64,000 nucleotides of DNA. It comes from Alphaproteobacteria bacterium. Lineage in GTDB: Bacteria; Pseudomonadota; Alphaproteobacteria; JAOXRX01. Location of the stretch: positions 2,346 through 66,345 of the forward strand of contig JAOXRX010000062.1 in NCBI GenBank assembly GCA_025800285.1. The letters run 5' to 3'. Under the pieces are notes generated by a model that worked only from the letters and a program-made list of their open reading frames with translations, made no database searches and had not been told where the DNA came from. Positions 40,977 through 51,684 of this stretch are shown piece by piece. A program made the position numbers and the translations under genes. Each line of letters opens with the position of its first letter. Position 1 is the stretch's first letter.

Positions 40977-41249
40977 ATGGATAATGTTACTGCAAACTCT
41001 GATGCTTCAAAAGCAAGACTTAGATCTTACATTGAAAGAGTTGAAAGGTTAGAAGAAAATAAAAAAGAAATTGCTGAAGATATTAAAGAAGTATTCAAAG
41101 AAGCTAAATCAGAAGGCTTTGATACAAAAATAATGAAGCAAGTTATAAAATTAAGAAAAATGGATGCTGAAGATAGAATTATGCAAGAAGAATTACTTGA
41201 TATATACAAGCATGCATTAGGAATGATTTTCACAGATCCAACAGAATAA
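40977..41249 (+). CDS. gapR: GapR-like nucleoid-associated protein (DUF2312 / UPF0335).
   Basis: 90 aa coiled-coil protein with block [47 protein letters not shown]. Confidence 0.7.
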   Translation: MDNVTANSDASKARLRSYIERVERLEENKKEIAEDIKEVFKEAKSEGFDTKIMKQVIKLRKMDAEDRIMQEELLDIYKHALGMIFTDPTE

Positions 41250-41281
41250 AATTATATTTAATTTTTATTTCAAAAGATTCA

Positions 41282-41327
41282 AACCCCATTGTAGTACCGA
41301 TATGTACAAGAATGGGGTTAAATTTTT
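41282..41327. terminator. Bidirectional terminator between gapR (+) and rarA (-): 9-bp stem aaccccatt/aatggggtt flanked by A- and T-runs.
   Basis: Inverted repeat read directly from the sequence. Confidence 0.5.
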
Positions 41328-41337
41328 GCCTAACAAT

Positions 41338-42663
41338 TTATTTAAAATTTTTGATTTTTTTCCAGAACTCTAATCTTTTCTCAATTTCTCTTTCAAACCC
41401 TCTAGAGTTAGGAATATATAATTCTGTACCTTTAATTTCCTCTGGAAAGAATTCTTGTCCTGAAAAGGCATGAGGGTAATCATGATCGTATTTATAACCA
41501 TCGTTATACCCCATATCTTTCATCATTTTTGTAGGAGCATTTAATATATGCATCGGAGGATTTAAATTAGATGTTTGTTTTGCTAGAGACAAAGCTGAAT
41601 TATAAGCAGAATAAGAAGCATTAGATTTAGGAGCTGTAGCTAAATAACTAACAGCCTGTGCTAAACATATTTCCCCCTGAGGGCTTCCTATTTTTGAGTA
41701 AGCCTCCGCTGCAGCTGAGGCTATCAATATACCTTGCGGATCAGCATTCCCAATATCTTCACTAGCAATGATTATTAGTCTTCTGGCAACATATCTCATA
41801 TCTTCTCCAGCAGCAACCATTCTAGCAAAATAATACATAGCAGCATCCACATCAGATCCTCTTATTGATTTTTGAAAAGCAGATATAAGATTATAATGTT
41901 GCTCTCCTGCTTTATCATGATTAGTGTGCTTTTTGTTTAATATATTTTGAATATCTTTTTCTGTTAATTCTTTATCTGTATCAATAGAAAATAATATTTC
42001 TAACATATTTAACAAGAACCTACCGTCGTTATGAGCCATAGAAACAACCATATCTCTAGCTTCTTCTGTAAGATTTATCTTTTTATCTTCAAGTCTTTCT
42101 GCTCTAGAAATTATTTCTAACAAACTATCTTTATCTAAAGATTTAATAGGAAATACTCTACATCTAGATAAAAGAGCAGAATTAACTTCAAAAGATGGAT
42201 TCTCTGTGGTAGCACCAACCAAAACTATAGTACCGCTTTCGACTGCATGTAAAAAGGCATCTTGTTGAGATTTATTAAACCTGTGTATTTCATCAATAAA
42301 TAAAAGAGTACCTTTCCCTTGTTCTCTTCTTATTTCAGCCTGATTAAGAGCTGCCCTAACCTCTTTAACTCCAGATAAAACTGCAGACATAGTCTCAAAA
42401 TGCAATCCTACTTTACTTGCCAGCAATCTAGCTATAGTGGTTTTACCACAACCAGCAGGTCCCCAAAGTATTAAAGATATAAGCTTATTATTATCTAACA
42501 TAACTCTAAGAGCCTTATTATCTCCTAGTATATGATTTTGCCCTAAAACTTCATCTAATGTTTCAGGTCTTAATCTCTCTGCTAACGGTGAAAACTTATC
42601 TTTATTCATAATAAATAACTTATACAACTTTTTTCTTTTTTTTTCAATATTTTTAATTGACAA
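41338..42663 (-). CDS. rarA: Replication-associated recombination protein A (AAA+ ATPase, MgsA/WRNIP).
   Basis: Walker A GPAGCGKTT plus a C-terminal MgsA helical domain. Confidence 0.85.
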   Translation of the reverse strand: MSIKNIEKKRKKLYKLFIMNKDKFSPLAERLRPETLDEVLGQNHILGDNKALRVMLDNNKLISLILWGPAGCGKTTIARLLASKVGLHFETMSAVLSGVKEVRAALNQAEIRREQGKGTLLFIDEIHRFNKSQQDAFLHAVESGTIVLVGATTENPSFEVNSALLSRCRVFPIKSLDKDSLLEIISRAERLEDKKINLTEEARDMVVSMAHNDGRFLLNMLEILFSIDTDKELTEKDIQNILNKKHTNHDKAGEQHYNLISAFQKSIRGSDVDAAMYYFARMVAAGEDMRYVARRLIIIASEDIGNADPQGILIASAAAEAYSKIGSPQGEICLAQAVSYLATAPKSNASYSAYNSALSLAKQTSNLNPPMHILNAPTKMMKDMGYNDGYKYDHDYPHAFSGQEFFPEEIKGTELYIPNSRGFEREIEKRLEFWKKIKNFK

Positions 42664-42731
42664 AAGTGTATTTCTATATTATTTTTTGTGCATAGTTTTA
42701 TATAGATAAATAAATAAAAGGAAATAAATAT

Positions 42732-43820
42732 ATGTCAGAAATGAAAAGAATTGGTATCCTCACTAGTGGAGGAGACTGTCCTGGTTTAAATGCAGCTATC
42801 AGAGCTGTATTTTTAGCTGCTAACAAAAAAGGTTGGGAAGTGTACGGTATAGAAGACTCAACAACTGGATTTGTTGAAGGAAGAATCTATCAACTAACAG
42901 AAGATCACTTCGCTGATGGTGTGTTAATGAGATTAGGAGGAACATTCTTAGGATCTACAAACAAAGGTGTTTTAGAAAACACTCTTGCTTTCCATATGCC
43001 TGACGGAACTATCAAAGATAGATCTGGTGAACTAAAAGATATGGTGCAAAAATTTAAATTAGACTATGTTATTGGTGTTGGTGGAGACGGAAGTTTCGCA
43101 ATTATATCTAACTTAGCTAAATTATGTGGATTTAAATTCATTGGTATTCCAAAAACAATCGATAACGATGTAAGCAATACAGAATATTGCATTGGTTTTG
43201 ATTCAGCTGTTTCTCTAGCTACTAAGGCTGTTGATGACTTACTTCCTACAGCAAAATCTCATAAAAGAGTTCAAGTGCTAGAAGTTATGGGTAGAGGAGC
43301 TGGTAATATTGCTCTGAACACTGGTATAGCAGCTGGTGCAGATGTAATTCTTATACCTGAAATACCTTATCATATTGATAATGTAATTAATAAAATTAAA
43401 TCTGTTCACGATTCTGGAAGAAATTATGCTCTTGTAGTTGTTTCTGAAGCTATTAAAGATTTATCTGGTGCTGAAGTTGCTAAAATGCAAGATGGTATTC
43501 CAAGATTTGGCGGAGTTGCAAAACACATCAGAAATGAAATAGAAGAAAGAACAGGACTAGAAACAAGAGAAACTGTTCTTGGTGCAATGCAAAGAGGTTG
43601 TGCTCCAGGTGCTAAAGATAGATTAATTGCTTGTGCATTTGGTGCTAAAGCTGTTGATATGATTGCCAAAGGTGAAAACAACAAAATGGTTGCATGGCAA
43701 GCTGGTGAAGCTGTATCTATTGATTTAAACGATGGAATTGAAGAATATGGTGCAGTAAAAACTGATGGTCTAGGAGTTAGAACTGCTAGAGCTCTTGACA
43801 TCTGCTTAGGTGATGAGTAA
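42732..43820 (+). CDS. pfk: 6-phosphofructokinase.
   Basis: N-terminal motif IGILTSGGDCPGLNAAIR, plus GGDGS and MGR motifs. Confidence 0.85.
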   Translation: MSEMKRIGILTSGGDCPGLNAAIRAVFLAANKKGWEVYGIEDSTTGFVEGRIYQLTEDHFADGVLMRLGGTFLGSTNKGVLENTLAFHMPDGTIKDRSGELKDMVQKFKLDYVIGVGGDGSFAIISNLAKLCGFKFIGIPKTIDNDVSNTEYCIGFDSAVSLATKAVDDLLPTAKSHKRVQVLEVMGRGAGNIALNTGIAAGADVILIPEIPYHIDNVINKIKSVHDSGRNYALVVVSEAIKDLSGAEVAKMQDGIPRFGGVAKHIRNEIEERTGLETRETVLGAMQRGCAPGAKDRLIACAFGAKAVDMIAKGENNKMVAWQAGEAVSIDLNDGIEEYGAVKTDGLGVRTARALDICLGDE

Positions 43821-43887
43821 AATAAAAGAAAATTTAAAGCTCTATAATTAAATATAGAGCTTTTTTTATATAAAAGGACAAATTATT

Positions 43888-44685
43888 ATGCCTAAAAAGA
43901 AAAAAGTTAATGTGATAACTATTAAATGGGGAACAGCATATAAAGCTGAAGAAGTTAATAGATTATATAACATGGTAAAAAAGAACACTACATTTGATGT
44001 AAACTTTTATTGTTTTACAGAAAAGAAAAAAGGGCTAGATAAAAACATCATTGTTAAGCCGTTACCTAAAATGAATATGAAATTAGCAGATTGTAAGTAT
44101 GCCTATAGAAAAGAAGCTGGGCTTTGTGATGATAATCTAGGAGATTTAAATGGACAAAGAGTTCTATTCTTTGATTTAGATATGGTTATAACAGATAATA
44201 TTGACGATTTTTTCACTTTACCTAAAAAAGATGAATTCTACATAATAAATGATTGGCATACAAATGGAACCCATGTTGGACAAGCATCTTGTTACTCTTG
44301 GAAAGTGGGGACATTAGGATATATCAAATCATATTTTGAAAAGAATCATAAAGAATGTATAGATAAGTTCTATACAGCTTCTCAAGAATACCTATCTAGT
44401 AAAGTTATTGAAAAATACGGTAATCTTAATTTTTGGCCAGAAAAATGGTGTAAAAGCTTTCGTTTCCATTGCTTACCAATAGGTATATTAAGAAGATTTA
44501 TTTCTCCTAAGTTACCTGAAGGAGCTAAAATATTAGCATTTCACGGCTCACCTAAAGTTGATGATGCTATCGCTGGAATATGGGGTGGTCATAAAGATGC
44601 CCTAGGGAAGAAAAAGAACATATGGTGGAAAAAGCTGTTATATAAGAACCTAAGACCTGCTACTTGGGTAAAAGAATATTTTTAA
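43888..44685 (+). CDS. Hypothetical protein, possibly a glycosyltransferase-like enzyme associated with the downstream LPS-core cluster. Terminator hairpin at 44688-44715.
   Basis: 265 aa with no secure family. It lies beside GT9 and GT4 genes. The terminator is agctcct/aggagct plus T-run. Confidence 0.35.
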   Translation: MPKKKKVNVITIKWGTAYKAEEVNRLYNMVKKNTTFDVNFYCFTEKKKGLDKNIIVKPLPKMNMKLADCKYAYRKEAGLCDDNLGDLNGQRVLFFDLDMVITDNIDDFFTLPKKDEFYIINDWHTNGTHVGQASCYSWKVGTLGYIKSYFEKNHKECIDKFYTASQEYLSSKVIEKYGNLNFWPEKWCKSFRFHCLPIGILRRFISPKLPEGAKILAFHGSPKVDDAIAGIWGGHKDALGKKKNIWWKKLLYKNLRPATWVKEYF

Positions 44686-44734
44686 ATAAAAAGCTCCTAA
44701 AAAGGAGCTTTTTTAATAATCATATTTATTAATA

Positions 44735-45673
44735 CTATTTAATAAACTTGATTTTATTTAATTTTTTATAAACATCTTCAGGAGTTAAATCTTTTAAATG
44801 CTCGACTTTCATAAAATCTACTTTATCTCCCGGAGGCAAAGATGCTTCGTTTGATTCTGTAGAAGCATATAAAACTAATGTAGGGCAATTAGCAACACCT
44901 GACATAATAGCTGGACCTGTATCATTAGATACACATAAAGAAGCCTTTTTACAAATCTCTCCAAGCTCGAATATATTTGTTTTAGAAGTTAAATCTATAG
45001 CCATTGAACAGTGATTCATTATCTCTGAGTTCTCTTTTTTCTCTGCTTTTGTTCCTATTAGAACAGGAGTATAGCCATGTTTAGCATACAACATATTTGC
45101 CAGTCTAGCATAAGATAAAGAAGACCATCTTTTTAAAGGTCTATGTGCAGAACAACCAGCAACTATTAAAACATATTTTTCTGGTAAATTAAATTTATTA
45201 ATATCTTCATTTAACCAATCTAGATTAGGTTTCTCTTTATTAGGCAAAAGTTTTCTTTTAGGATATACATTAAATATTCTAAATTTCATTTTAGTAAACC
45301 TGCACCAGTCTGGCTTTTTTAGAGGAAATAGTAACCAATAATAAAACTTCATCCTATCATTACATTGCATATCAGCAACAAGATCTATACTTTTGAATCT
45401 GTATCTCAGTCTTTTATAAAACTCAAATATCTTCTTTAAGTTTTTCTTATTAATGTCTTTTTTCTTCACTCTATCATCTATTATAATTCTATCAAAATAG
45501 CCTGTTTTCTTAGCCATTTCCTTAAAAGGTTTAGTAGTTAATAAAGTAATTCTAGCATTAGGATACCTCTCTCTTATATACTTCATATCACCTAAAGCAA
45601 ATAAAAAATCTCCGAAAGCAGAAAGCTTAATTATTAAAATATTTTTGTATTCTTTCATAAAGTAATTATTCAT
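44735..45673 (-). CDS. ADP-heptose:LPS heptosyltransferase (GT9 family).
   Basis: C-terminal GT9 motif LCVSNDTGPAIMS and a donor-binding region. Confidence 0.7.
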   Translation of the reverse strand: MNNYFMKEYKNILIIKLSAFGDFLFALGDMKYIRERYPNARITLLTTKPFKEMAKKTGYFDRIIIDDRVKKKDINKKNLKKIFEFYKRLRYRFKSIDLVADMQCNDRMKFYYWLLFPLKKPDWCRFTKMKFRIFNVYPKRKLLPNKEKPNLDWLNEDINKFNLPEKYVLIVAGCSAHRPLKRWSSLSYARLANMLYAKHGYTPVLIGTKAEKKENSEIMNHCSMAIDLTSKTNIFELGEICKKASLCVSNDTGPAIMSGVANCPTLVLYASTESNEASLPPGDKVDFMKVEHLKDLTPEDVYKKLNKIKFIK

Positions 45674-46841
45674 CCTCTAATAATGAGTTATAAACAGAAA
45701 ATAAAGATTTTATCATAACATCTGATGAAAAATTCTCTTTAACATGTTTTTTAGCCTTATTTGCAAACATAGTTTTTTGTCTTGCAGTCATTTTCAAATA
45801 TTTTTCTATATTATCAGCCAAAGCCTTAGAATCTTCTTTATCTATTAAAGCTCCGACTTTACCATCAACAACAGTTTCTAAAAAGCCTCCCAATTTGGTT
45901 GCTATAACAGGTCTCCCCATAGCAAAAGCTTCAATTGGAACTCTACCGAAACCTTCCTCTACAACTGAAAGGCAAGCTACAACATCAGATATTGTATAAG
46001 CTGTAGGCATATCATTTGTTCCACTTATCATATAGAAATTATCTTTTAAATCATTTTTTGCAATCTCATCTAAAAGCATTTGTGAGTATTCAACTCTCCC
46101 TTGATCAGATCCTAAAAAAACATAAGATACATCATTTATTCCTCTATCTTTAAGAATCTTAGCGGCTTCAATAAGAGTTTTTTGCCCTTTAATTTTAGAT
46201 AATCTACCTGGGCAAAGCACAACAGGATTACCTTCTGGAATATGCCAATCATTGATAATCTTCGACATAGTTTCATTAGTAACTTTTTCTGGATTGAATT
46301 TTTCTAATTCAACTCCTCTAATTACAACATCAATCTTAGAGTTATCTAAAGCATAATTTTCATTTATATATTTCTTGATAAATTTTGATATAGAAACTAC
46401 TCTATCTCCTTTTGCCATAACAGAGTTATATTTTCTCTTTATGCGATTTGAAAATTTATATTTAGCATGAAAAGTTGTTACAAATTTAGCTGTAGATTTT
46501 TTACAAGCAAAGTAACAAGACCAAGCAGGAGCTCTACTTCTAGCATGAACTATATCAACATCATACTCTTTTATAAGTTTTTTTAGAGCAAAAACATTTG
46601 AAATCATTTTAAAAACATTTTTTGTATGAACAGGAAGTTTAATATGATGAGCCTTAGCTATCATAATCTCATCTGCTATCTTGCCACCATTTGACACAAC
46701 AATAGATTTACCTCCAGCTTTTGTTATAGCTTTAGATACATCTGCAGTACCTCTTTCTACTCCACCCTGTTCTAAATTAGGCAGAACCTGCATTATAACA
46801 GCAGGTTGACCATTTGCTTTTTCCAATAAATATTTTGACAT
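45666..46841 (-). CDS. Glycosyltransferase family 4 (GT-B, group 1).
   Basis: EX7E-type motif EGFGRVPIEAFAMGRPVIAT. Confidence 0.75.
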   Translation of the reverse strand: MSKYLLEKANGQPAVIMQVLPNLEQGGVERGTADVSKAITKAGGKSIVVSNGGKIADEIMIAKAHHIKLPVHTKNVFKMISNVFALKKLIKEYDVDIVHARSRAPAWSCYFACKKSTAKFVTTFHAKYKFSNRIKRKYNSVMAKGDRVVSISKFIKKYINENYALDNSKIDVVIRGVELEKFNPEKVTNETMSKIINDWHIPEGNPVVLCPGRLSKIKGQKTLIEAAKILKDRGINDVSYVFLGSDQGRVEYSQMLLDEIAKNDLKDNFYMISGTNDMPTAYTISDVVACLSVVEEGFGRVPIEAFAMGRPVIATKLGGFLETVVDGKVGALIDKEDSKALADNIEKYLKMTARQKTMFANKAKKHVKENFSSDVMIKSLFSVYNSLLEDE

Positions 46842-46852
46842 TATATTTCTTT

Positions 46853-47932
46853 CTATTTTTCTTCTAGCATAGCTGTTAATTTTTCTGCTTCATCAGCAGC
46901 TATTAACGAGTTAACAATCTCTAACACTACTTCTTCATCACCCATCATAAATTTATCTAATTTATATAGGGTTAAATTGATTCTATGGTCTGAGACTCTA
47001 CCTTGAGGGAAATTATAAGTTCTAATTCTTTCAGATCTATCTCCAGAACCAACCTGAGACTTTCTATTTGCAGATCTTTCAGCATCAGCAATAGCTCTTT
47101 GATGGTCATATAATCTAGCTCTTAGAATCTTCATACCTTTAGCTCTATTTTTGTGTTGAGACTTTTCATCTTGTTGAGAAACTACAATGCCTGTAGGTAT
47201 ATGAGTAATTCTAACAGCACTATCTGTTGTATTAACACACTGACCTCCTGGACCAGAGGCTCTATAAGTATCGATTCTTAAATCTTTATCTTCTATATGA
47301 ATATCAACATCTTCTGCTTCTGGCAAAACAGCTACTGTAGCAGCAGAAGTATGCACTCTCCCGCCACTTTCTGTTTTAGGGACTCTTTGAACACGATGCA
47401 CTCCTGATTCATACTTAAGCTTAGCAAACACATCTGTTCCAGAAATATTGGCTGTTGCTTCTTTGAAGCCCCCTATTCCTGTTTCAGAAATTTCCATAAC
47501 TTCAAACTTCCAACCTTGAGTTCTAGCAAAATTTTGATACATATGGAATAATTCGGCAGCAAATAAAGCAGCCTCATCCCCACCTGTTCCTGCTCTAACC
47601 TCAAGAATAGCATTTTTTTCATCCGCTTCATCTTTTGGGATAAGAGCAATCTGAATATCTTTTTCCATTTCAGGTATTCTTTTTTGCAAATCAATTAACT
47701 CTGAATGAGCCATATCTTTCATTTCTGGATCTTCCAGCATAGACTTCAAGTCTTCAATTTCACTTAAAGATGATTGATATGCTTGTATTTTTTCAACTAC
47801 AGAGCTAAGGCTTGAATGCTCTTTAGAAAGAGCGACTAATTCTTTACCATCCAGATTACTAGAGTCAGCCAACTTTGCATTGAGCTCTTCGTATCTGTGT
47901 AAGATTGGATCTAATTTTTCTTGTAACTTCAT
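46853..47932 (-). CDS. prfA: Peptide chain release factor 1.
   Basis: GGQ motif [10 protein letters not shown] and an RF1-type tripeptide-region variant (PKT). Confidence 0.9.
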   Translation of the reverse strand: MKLQEKLDPILHRYEELNAKLADSSNLDGKELVALSKEHSSLSSVVEKIQAYQSSLSEIEDLKSMLEDPEMKDMAHSELIDLQKRIPEMEKDIQIALIPKDEADEKNAILEVRAGTGGDEAALFAAELFHMYQNFARTQGWKFEVMEISETGIGGFKEATANISGTDVFAKLKYESGVHRVQRVPKTESGGRVHTSAATVAVLPEAEDVDIHIEDKDLRIDTYRASGPGGQCVNTTDSAVRITHIPTGIVVSQQDEKSQHKNRAKGMKILRARLYDHQRAIADAERSANRKSQVGSGDRSERIRTYNFPQGRVSDHRINLTLYKLDKFMMGDEEVVLEIVNSLIAADEAEKLTAMLEEK

Positions 47933-47984
47933 AATAGAGATTTATATCAAAAATTAATAATAAAATCAAGGGAAAATATACTTA

Positions 47985-48980
47985 TTAATCTTCTTTATTA
48001 ACTTTTCTATATCTTTCTTTTCTTAGGTTTCTATTAGAAAGAGAAATGTAACCTGTAGCTTCTCCATTTTCACCTAAAGATTTTAGCTGCTTCCCTTTGT
48101 AAATCAAAGAAACTCCACCAGCATTACCTGCATTTAATATCAAATCTTTTTTATTTGGAACAATAATTTTATCATTTTTATAAAAAGTACCAACAAATAC
48201 ACTTTTTCTTTCATCATTGTCGTAAACATCAATCCATGATGTATCATCTAAAGATATAGTTAGCAGAGAATCTTTAATAAACCTTTGACCATAAACAGAA
48301 GGCTCTTGCATTACTATTTCTTCTATACTTATTTGATGAGGATTAAGCATTGTCTTTTCGACCTCAACAACTTCTTCAACCTCCTCGGGCATTTTTTCAA
48401 CTTCTAAAGAATCTTCCTCAATAAAATCTACTTTGTTATCAATAACAACAGGCATATCATTGGATTCAATAACCTCTTCCTCTGATACAATTGATGAAGT
48501 ATTATACTCCACAACATCTGCGGTTTTATTAAACACTGAAAATAAAATTACTATAAGAGTTATAATTACAGCTAAAACAATTAATCCTAGATTACTAAAA
48601 TCACCATTTTCTTGATGTATAAGTTTTTCATAAACAGGCTTTTTCTTCTTAATTGGCTCTATTTCTTGCCCCATTCTATTAAAGACATGAGCTTTTTTAT
48701 TAGAGAATTGCTCTTTTATTAGCTGCTTAACAACATCATCACCATCTAACCCTAAATAATTTGCATAATTTTTAACAAATCCTGTCATATATGCATCACC
48801 AGGAAATTTAGAGTAATCATCATGCTCAATACCTTCAAGATATTTAACACTTATCTTAAGATCTTCTGAGATTGTTTTTAATTTGATTTTTTGTCTTTTT
48901 CTGGCATCCTGAATAACACAGCCGACAGTAAGGCCTAGTTCTAAAGTTTCTGTAATTTGTCTTTCATGATTATCAGTCAT
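47985..48980 (-). CDS. rodZ: RodZ-like cytoskeleton protein (N-terminal XRE HTH, TM segment, C-terminal DUF4115-like).
   Basis: HTH LKLKTISEDLKISVKYLEGIEHDDYSKFPGDAYMTGFVKNYANYLGL and a TM segment LGLIVLAVIITLIVILFSV. The start is set at MTDNHERQ because the longer ORF runs through tRNA-Leu. Confidence 0.6.
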   Translation of the reverse strand: MTDNHERQITETLELGLTVGCVIQDARKRQKIKLKTISEDLKISVKYLEGIEHDDYSKFPGDAYMTGFVKNYANYLGLDGDDVVKQLIKEQFSNKKAHVFNRMGQEIEPIKKKKPVYEKLIHQENGDFSNLGLIVLAVIITLIVILFSVFNKTADVVEYNTSSIVSEEEVIESNDMPVVIDNKVDFIEEDSLEVEKMPEEVEEVVEVEKTMLNPHQISIEEIVMQEPSVYGQRFIKDSLLTISLDDTSWIDVYDNDERKSVFVGTFYKNDKIIVPNKKDLILNAGNAGGVSLIYKGKQLKSLGENGEATGYISLSNRNLRKERYRKVNKED

Positions 48981-49008
48981 AAGTATCCACCCTTTTAATA
49001 AAAAGAAA

Positions 49009-49094
49009 TGGTGGCCTCGGCCGGACTTGAACCGGCACGTCCAAAGGACACACGATTTTAAGTCGTGGGCGTCTACCAATTCCGCCACGAGGCC
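49009..49094 (-). tRNA. tRNA-Leu (TAA) with a long variable arm.
   Basis: On the reverse complement: GGCCTCG acceptor stem, anticodon loop cuUAAaa, long variable arm, T-arm GGTTCAAGTCC, and CCA. Confidence 0.85.
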
Positions 49095-49223
49095 ATTAAT
49101 GCCATTTGAGAAAGACTATAACTCAATTTTAAAAAAAAAGCTAGTATTTTTTTAAAAAAAATGCTATTTTTTTTGCAAATAATAAAAAAGTACAAAAAAC
49201 AACCATTTAACGAAAAGGAAATT

Positions 49224-50456
49224 ATGAAAAAAGGCAATTTAAAGGTAGTATCTTTCGGGTGTAGATTAAACACTCTTGAAGGAGAGATAATAAAACAGCA
49301 CATAAAAGATATAGATTTTGATCTCTTGGTAATAAATTCATGCGGAGTTACTAACGAAGCAGAACGACAATTAAGACAATTTATAAGAAAAGAAAAAAGA
49401 CTAAATCCATCTTTTAAAGTAGTTTTAACAGGATGTGCTTCTGAAATAAACAGAGATTCTTACGAAAAAATGCCTGAAGTTGACTATATAATACCAGCAA
49501 TAGCTAAATTAGATGAAAATATTTGGTCAAACTTAGATTCATTAGAATCTTATGTTGAAGACATGGATTATATGCTACCACCTATTATAGATAATTTTAC
49601 AGATAAACAAAGAGCTTATGTTCAAATACAAAACGGCTGTGATCAAGCTTGTACATATTGTGCTACAAGATTAGCAAGAGGAAAAGCTATATCATTTCCT
49701 CCTAGTTATATAGTAAAACAAATTGATGCTCTAAAAAAATACAATGAGATTGTATTAACTGGAGTCAATATATCTTCATATAATTATGAAGGAGCTAAGC
49801 TTAAAGACTTAATAGAGCATGTATTGGATAAATGTGATGTTCCTCGCTTAAGACTATCCTCTTTAGATATAGCAGATATAGATGATGACTTTATCCAACT
49901 AATAGAAAAAGAAAATAGAATCATGTCTCATTTCCATTTCTCATTACAATCTGGGGACAATACTATACTAAATAAAATGGCAAGAAGACACACAAAAGAA
50001 GAAGTATTAGAAAAAATTGAAAAAATAAGAGCAATCAGACCTGATGCTACATTTGGAGCAGATATTATAACTGGTTTCCCTACAGAAACAGAAGAAATGT
50101 TTGAAAACTCTGTAGATGTGGTAAGAAAGGGTAACATAGCTTTTTTACATGTATTCCCTTACTCTGAAAAACAAAACACTGTTGCTGCTAAAATGAAACA
50201 AATAGAAAAAAAAGTTCGTAAAGAAAGAGCAAAAAGATTAAGAAGAGTAGCTCACTCACTGATGTTTGATTATTTAAAAACAAGAGTTGGGAAAACTACA
50301 GATGCACTTATTGAAGGTGGATTTATAGCAAGAGCCGATGACTACTCTAGAATCGTATTTGATGGGGATGCAGAAGTTGGTAGCATACAAAAAATAAGAA
50401 TATTAGAAGTAAACATAAACAATGTGTTAAGAGGAGAACTATGTTCAGAAAGCTAA
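49224..50456 (+). CDS. mtaB: Radical-SAM methylthiotransferase, MtaB/MiaB-like (tRNA threonylcarbamoyladenosine or i6A methylthiolation).
   Basis: N-terminal MTTase domain, radical SAM motif CDQACTYCA, and a TRAM-like C-terminus. The start is placed at MKKGNLKVVSFGCRLN. Confidence 0.75.
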   Translation: MKKGNLKVVSFGCRLNTLEGEIIKQHIKDIDFDLLVINSCGVTNEAERQLRQFIRKEKRLNPSFKVVLTGCASEINRDSYEKMPEVDYIIPAIAKLDENIWSNLDSLESYVEDMDYMLPPIIDNFTDKQRAYVQIQNGCDQACTYCATRLARGKAISFPPSYIVKQIDALKKYNEIVLTGVNISSYNYEGAKLKDLIEHVLDKCDVPRLRLSSLDIADIDDDFIQLIEKENRIMSHFHFSLQSGDNTILNKMARRHTKEEVLEKIEKIRAIRPDATFGADIITGFPTETEEMFENSVDVVRKGNIAFLHVFPYSEKQNTVAAKMKQIEKKVRKERAKRLRRVAHSLMFDYLKTRVGKTTDALIEGGFIARADDYSRIVFDGDAEVGSIQKIRILEVNINNVLRGELCSES

Positions 50457-51355
50457 AACTAAAAGCAGGACTAGAAAAATCTACAATCAAATTATCTCAA
50501 AATCTAAAAACAGCCTTTTTATCAAAAAAAGTTGATGAAGAAATGCTGGAAGAATTAGAAGATAGCTTAATAATGTCAGATGTAAGCTTTTCTGTTACAG
50601 AAAAACTTGTGGGAAACTTAGCAAAAATAAAATTTGGCAAAGAAGCAAACGAACAAGAAATAAAAAAGTTCTTAGCAAATGAAATCAAAACTATTCTAGA
50701 ACCTATAGCTAAAGATTTAGAAATAGATGAAAGCAAATCTCCTTTTGTTATACTAATGATTGGGATTAATGGCTCTGGGAAGACTACATCTATAGGAAAA
50801 ATAGCTAATAAACTAAAAGATGAAGGTAAAAAAGTAATGCTAGTAGCCGGAGATACCTTTAGAGCTGCAGCTGTAGAACAACTTGAAGAATGGGGTAAAA
50901 GATCTGATATTCCTGTTATGAAAAAAGAGATTGGCTCTGATGCTGCATCTCTAGTATATGAAGCTTATGAAACAGCAAAAAAAGAATCCACTGATGTATT
51001 AATTATTGATACAGCTGGAAGACTACATAACAATTCCAATTTAATGTCTGAATTAGAAAAAATACAAAGAGTTCTAAGCAAACACAATGAAGAGCTACCC
51101 CATAAAACTTTACTATCAATAGATGCGACCACGGGGCAAAATGCTATTGTGCAAATTGAAGAGTTTAATAAATGTATAAATATAGACGGCATACTGTTAA
51201 ATAAACTAGACGGGACAGCTAAAGGTGGAGTAACAATTACTATCGCTGATAAATTTAAAAACATACCTATAAATTATTTAGGTATTGGTGAGCAAATAGA
51301 TGATTTACAGAGTTTTAATCCTGATGATTTCGCTGAAGATTTATTAGGCTTATAA
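50441..51355 (+). CDS. ftsY: Signal recognition particle receptor FtsY.
   Basis: NG-domain motifs GINGSGKTTSIGK, DTAGR and NKLDGTAKGG. Confidence 0.9.
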   Translation: MFRKLKLKAGLEKSTIKLSQNLKTAFLSKKVDEEMLEELEDSLIMSDVSFSVTEKLVGNLAKIKFGKEANEQEIKKFLANEIKTILEPIAKDLEIDESKSPFVILMIGINGSGKTTSIGKIANKLKDEGKKVMLVAGDTFRAAAVEQLEEWGKRSDIPVMKKEIGSDAASLVYEAYETAKKESTDVLIIDTAGRLHNNSNLMSELEKIQRVLSKHNEELPHKTLLSIDATTGQNAIVQIEEFNKCINIDGILLNKLDGTAKGGVTITIADKFKNIPINYLGIGEQIDDLQSFNPDDFAEDLLGL

Positions 51356-51386
51356 AAAGCAAATACAAACTATTTAATATAAAAAC

Positions 51387-51413
51387 AAATCCCATATTTA
51401 ATTATGGGATTTA
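51387..51413. terminator. Bidirectional terminator hairpin between ftsY (+) and rpmJ (-): aaatcccata/tatgggattt.
   Basis: 10-bp inverted repeat. Confidence 0.5.
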
Positions 51414-51445
51414 TATTTATAAATAAATATTCAATAAAAAAAAGA

Positions 51446-51586
51446 TTATTTTCTTTTCTTAGTTCCTTGTTTAGCTTTATTTCTAGGATTTTTAGGATCA
51501 ATAACGATTAATTGACCTTTTCTTCTAATTAGCTTACAAGTTTTACTTCTTTTCTTTAGAGTTTTTAAAGAGTTTACAACTTTCAT
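51446..51586 (-). CDS. rpmJ: 50S ribosomal protein L36 (alphaproteobacterial bL36 type).
   Basis: 46-aa product [46 protein letters not shown], matching the bL36 pattern. Absent from the ORF track because it is below the cutoff. Confidence 0.8.
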   Translation of the reverse strand: MKVVNSLKTLKKRSKTCKLIRRKGQLIVIDPKNPRNKAKQGTKKRK

Positions 51587-51684
51587 TTTTCTAACTTTCT
51601 TTTGGTTTTATTTCAAATAGAGTTAATTTATATACTTTTTTTAAGAATAAGTCAAGAGAAAAGACTAAGTATATAAATAAAAAA

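Noticed and set aside
43424-43801. 125-aa minus-strand ORF inside pfk
   Set aside because: It is antisense to pfk and has no RBS. The A/S/P-rich translation is typical of a reverse frame of a Gly/Ala-rich coding region.
47473-47694. 73-aa minus-strand alternative-frame ORF inside prfA
   Set aside because: It lies out of frame within prfA, which has a clear GGQ motif.
48981-49088. N-terminal extension of the RodZ-like ORF (MAELVDAHDLKSCVLWTCRF...)
   Set aside because: The extension reads through the tRNA-Leu(TAA) gene. The true start is the internal Met (MTDNHERQ) at 48980.
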